60,910 nucleotides of DNA from an uncultured Bacteroides sp. (GTDB taxonomy: Bacteria > Bacteroidota > Bacteroidia > Bacteroidales > Muribaculaceae), in assembly GCA_964436925.1 (NCBI GenBank), contig CAYTFG010000002.1, positions 1-60,910 on the forward strand. Direction: 5' to 3'. The notes under the pieces were generated by a model, which was not told the DNA's origin, ran no database searches, and saw only the letters and a list, made by a program, of their open reading frames with translations. The translations under genes and the position numbers were made by a program. How positions within the stretch are numbered: the first letter of the stretch is position 1; each line of letters begins with the position of its first letter. Below are positions 60,212-60,910 of this stretch, in pieces.

Positions 60212-60801
60212 CCGGAACGTGAAGGCCGAAAAAACAAATGTTGCCTGAAGGGCAACCAACTGAATCTACAGTCGTTTGCCCTCCGGGCAAAGATATATGG
60301 GCGTGACCTCGCTGCCCCGTACGCAACGCCGTCGGCGTTCCATACGGCTATTCAAAAATGTTTGCCTTCCAGGCAAAGATACCACATCATCGGCGCCACA
60401 ATCTTGGTGCATCCCATCATCATCCCGTCCGGGGACAGGCGTCGTCGGGGCGCCGTCGGGGCGAGGCGACGGCGTGGTGTCCAGAGAGGGGACATTTTAT
60501 TGTCTGGAAGACAATCATTTTTTGAATAGCCGGGGCCAATCGTCGAGAGACGATTGGCTCCGGAACGTGAAGGCCGAAAAAACAAATGTTGCCTGAAGGG
60601 CAACCAACTGAATCTACAGTCGTTTGCCCTCCGGGCAAAGATATATGGGCGTGACCTCGCTGCCCCGTACGCAACGCCGTCGGCGTTCCATACGGCTATT
60701 CAAAAATGTTTGCCTTCCAGGCAAAGATACCACATCATCGGCGCCACAATCTTGGTGATACCCCATCATCATCCCGTTCGGGGACAGGCGTCGTCGGGGC
60801 G
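60212..60801. repeat. Direct duplication of ~240 bp (60212-60452 and 60560-60801) built from REP-like hairpins; third 48-bp partial copy at 60155-60202
   Basis: Near-identical copies offset by 348 bp; hairpins gttgcctgaagggcaac, tttgccctccgggcaaa, tttgccttccaggcaaa. Confidence 0.9.
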
Positions 60802-60824
60802 GGGTGGTGGCGTGAGGATACAAG

Positions 60825-60865
60825 AAAGGCTCCAGGGGGAGGGTGTTCCCGGCTCTGGAGCCTTT
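60825..60865. terminator. Stem-loop / probable terminator
   Basis: aaaggctccag...ctggagccttt stem. Confidence 0.55.
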
Positions 60866-60910
60866 GTTATAAATAGACTATGGTTAATTTAAAACGGTCT
60901 ATGTAATTAG

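Noticed and set aside
60155-60801. CRISPR array
   Set aside because: Only three repeats, with ~190-300-bp intervening segments that are themselves duplicated; no cas genes
60129-60892. ORFs of 65-112 aa in the terminal repeat region
   Set aside because: Open in several frames on both strands because of GC-rich palindromes; no HUH or other protein motif

Overview
Gene-dense chromosomal segment from a Bacteroidales bacterium, probably Muribaculaceae-like. The call rests on TAnnTTTG/-33 TTTG promoters, T9SS-type C-terminal domains, GS III, and the dnaN-exonuclease-coaBC-porD-recN-rlmB block. Most of the window is housekeeping: rpsR end, rplI, cls, uvrD-nspC-GT2-radC, tatAC, purT, dapF-glnN-gltBD-purF, galK-galM, fprA. 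The most interesting accessory part is a cobalamin-riboswitch-controlled operon: a BtuB-like receptor, a BtuG-like beta-propeller and a 1097-aa unknown protein, the last two ending in T9SS-type sorting domains instead of carrying lipoprotein anchors. Other highlights: an exported HMA protein with a Cys-rich tail and two tandem DGxTGAT (flavinylation-like) motifs; a stand-alone promoter-to-terminator unit that looks like an sRNA; an orphan AmyE-like amylase lipoprotein; a collagen-like surface lipoprotein; a nucleotidyltransferase directly after galK-galM in a cluster with no galT; and a terminal cluster of REP/REPIN-like palindromic elements with a ~240-bp direct duplication. No tRNA, rRNA, CRISPR array or transposase was found. 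All family assignments come from motif recognition by eye, not database searches.
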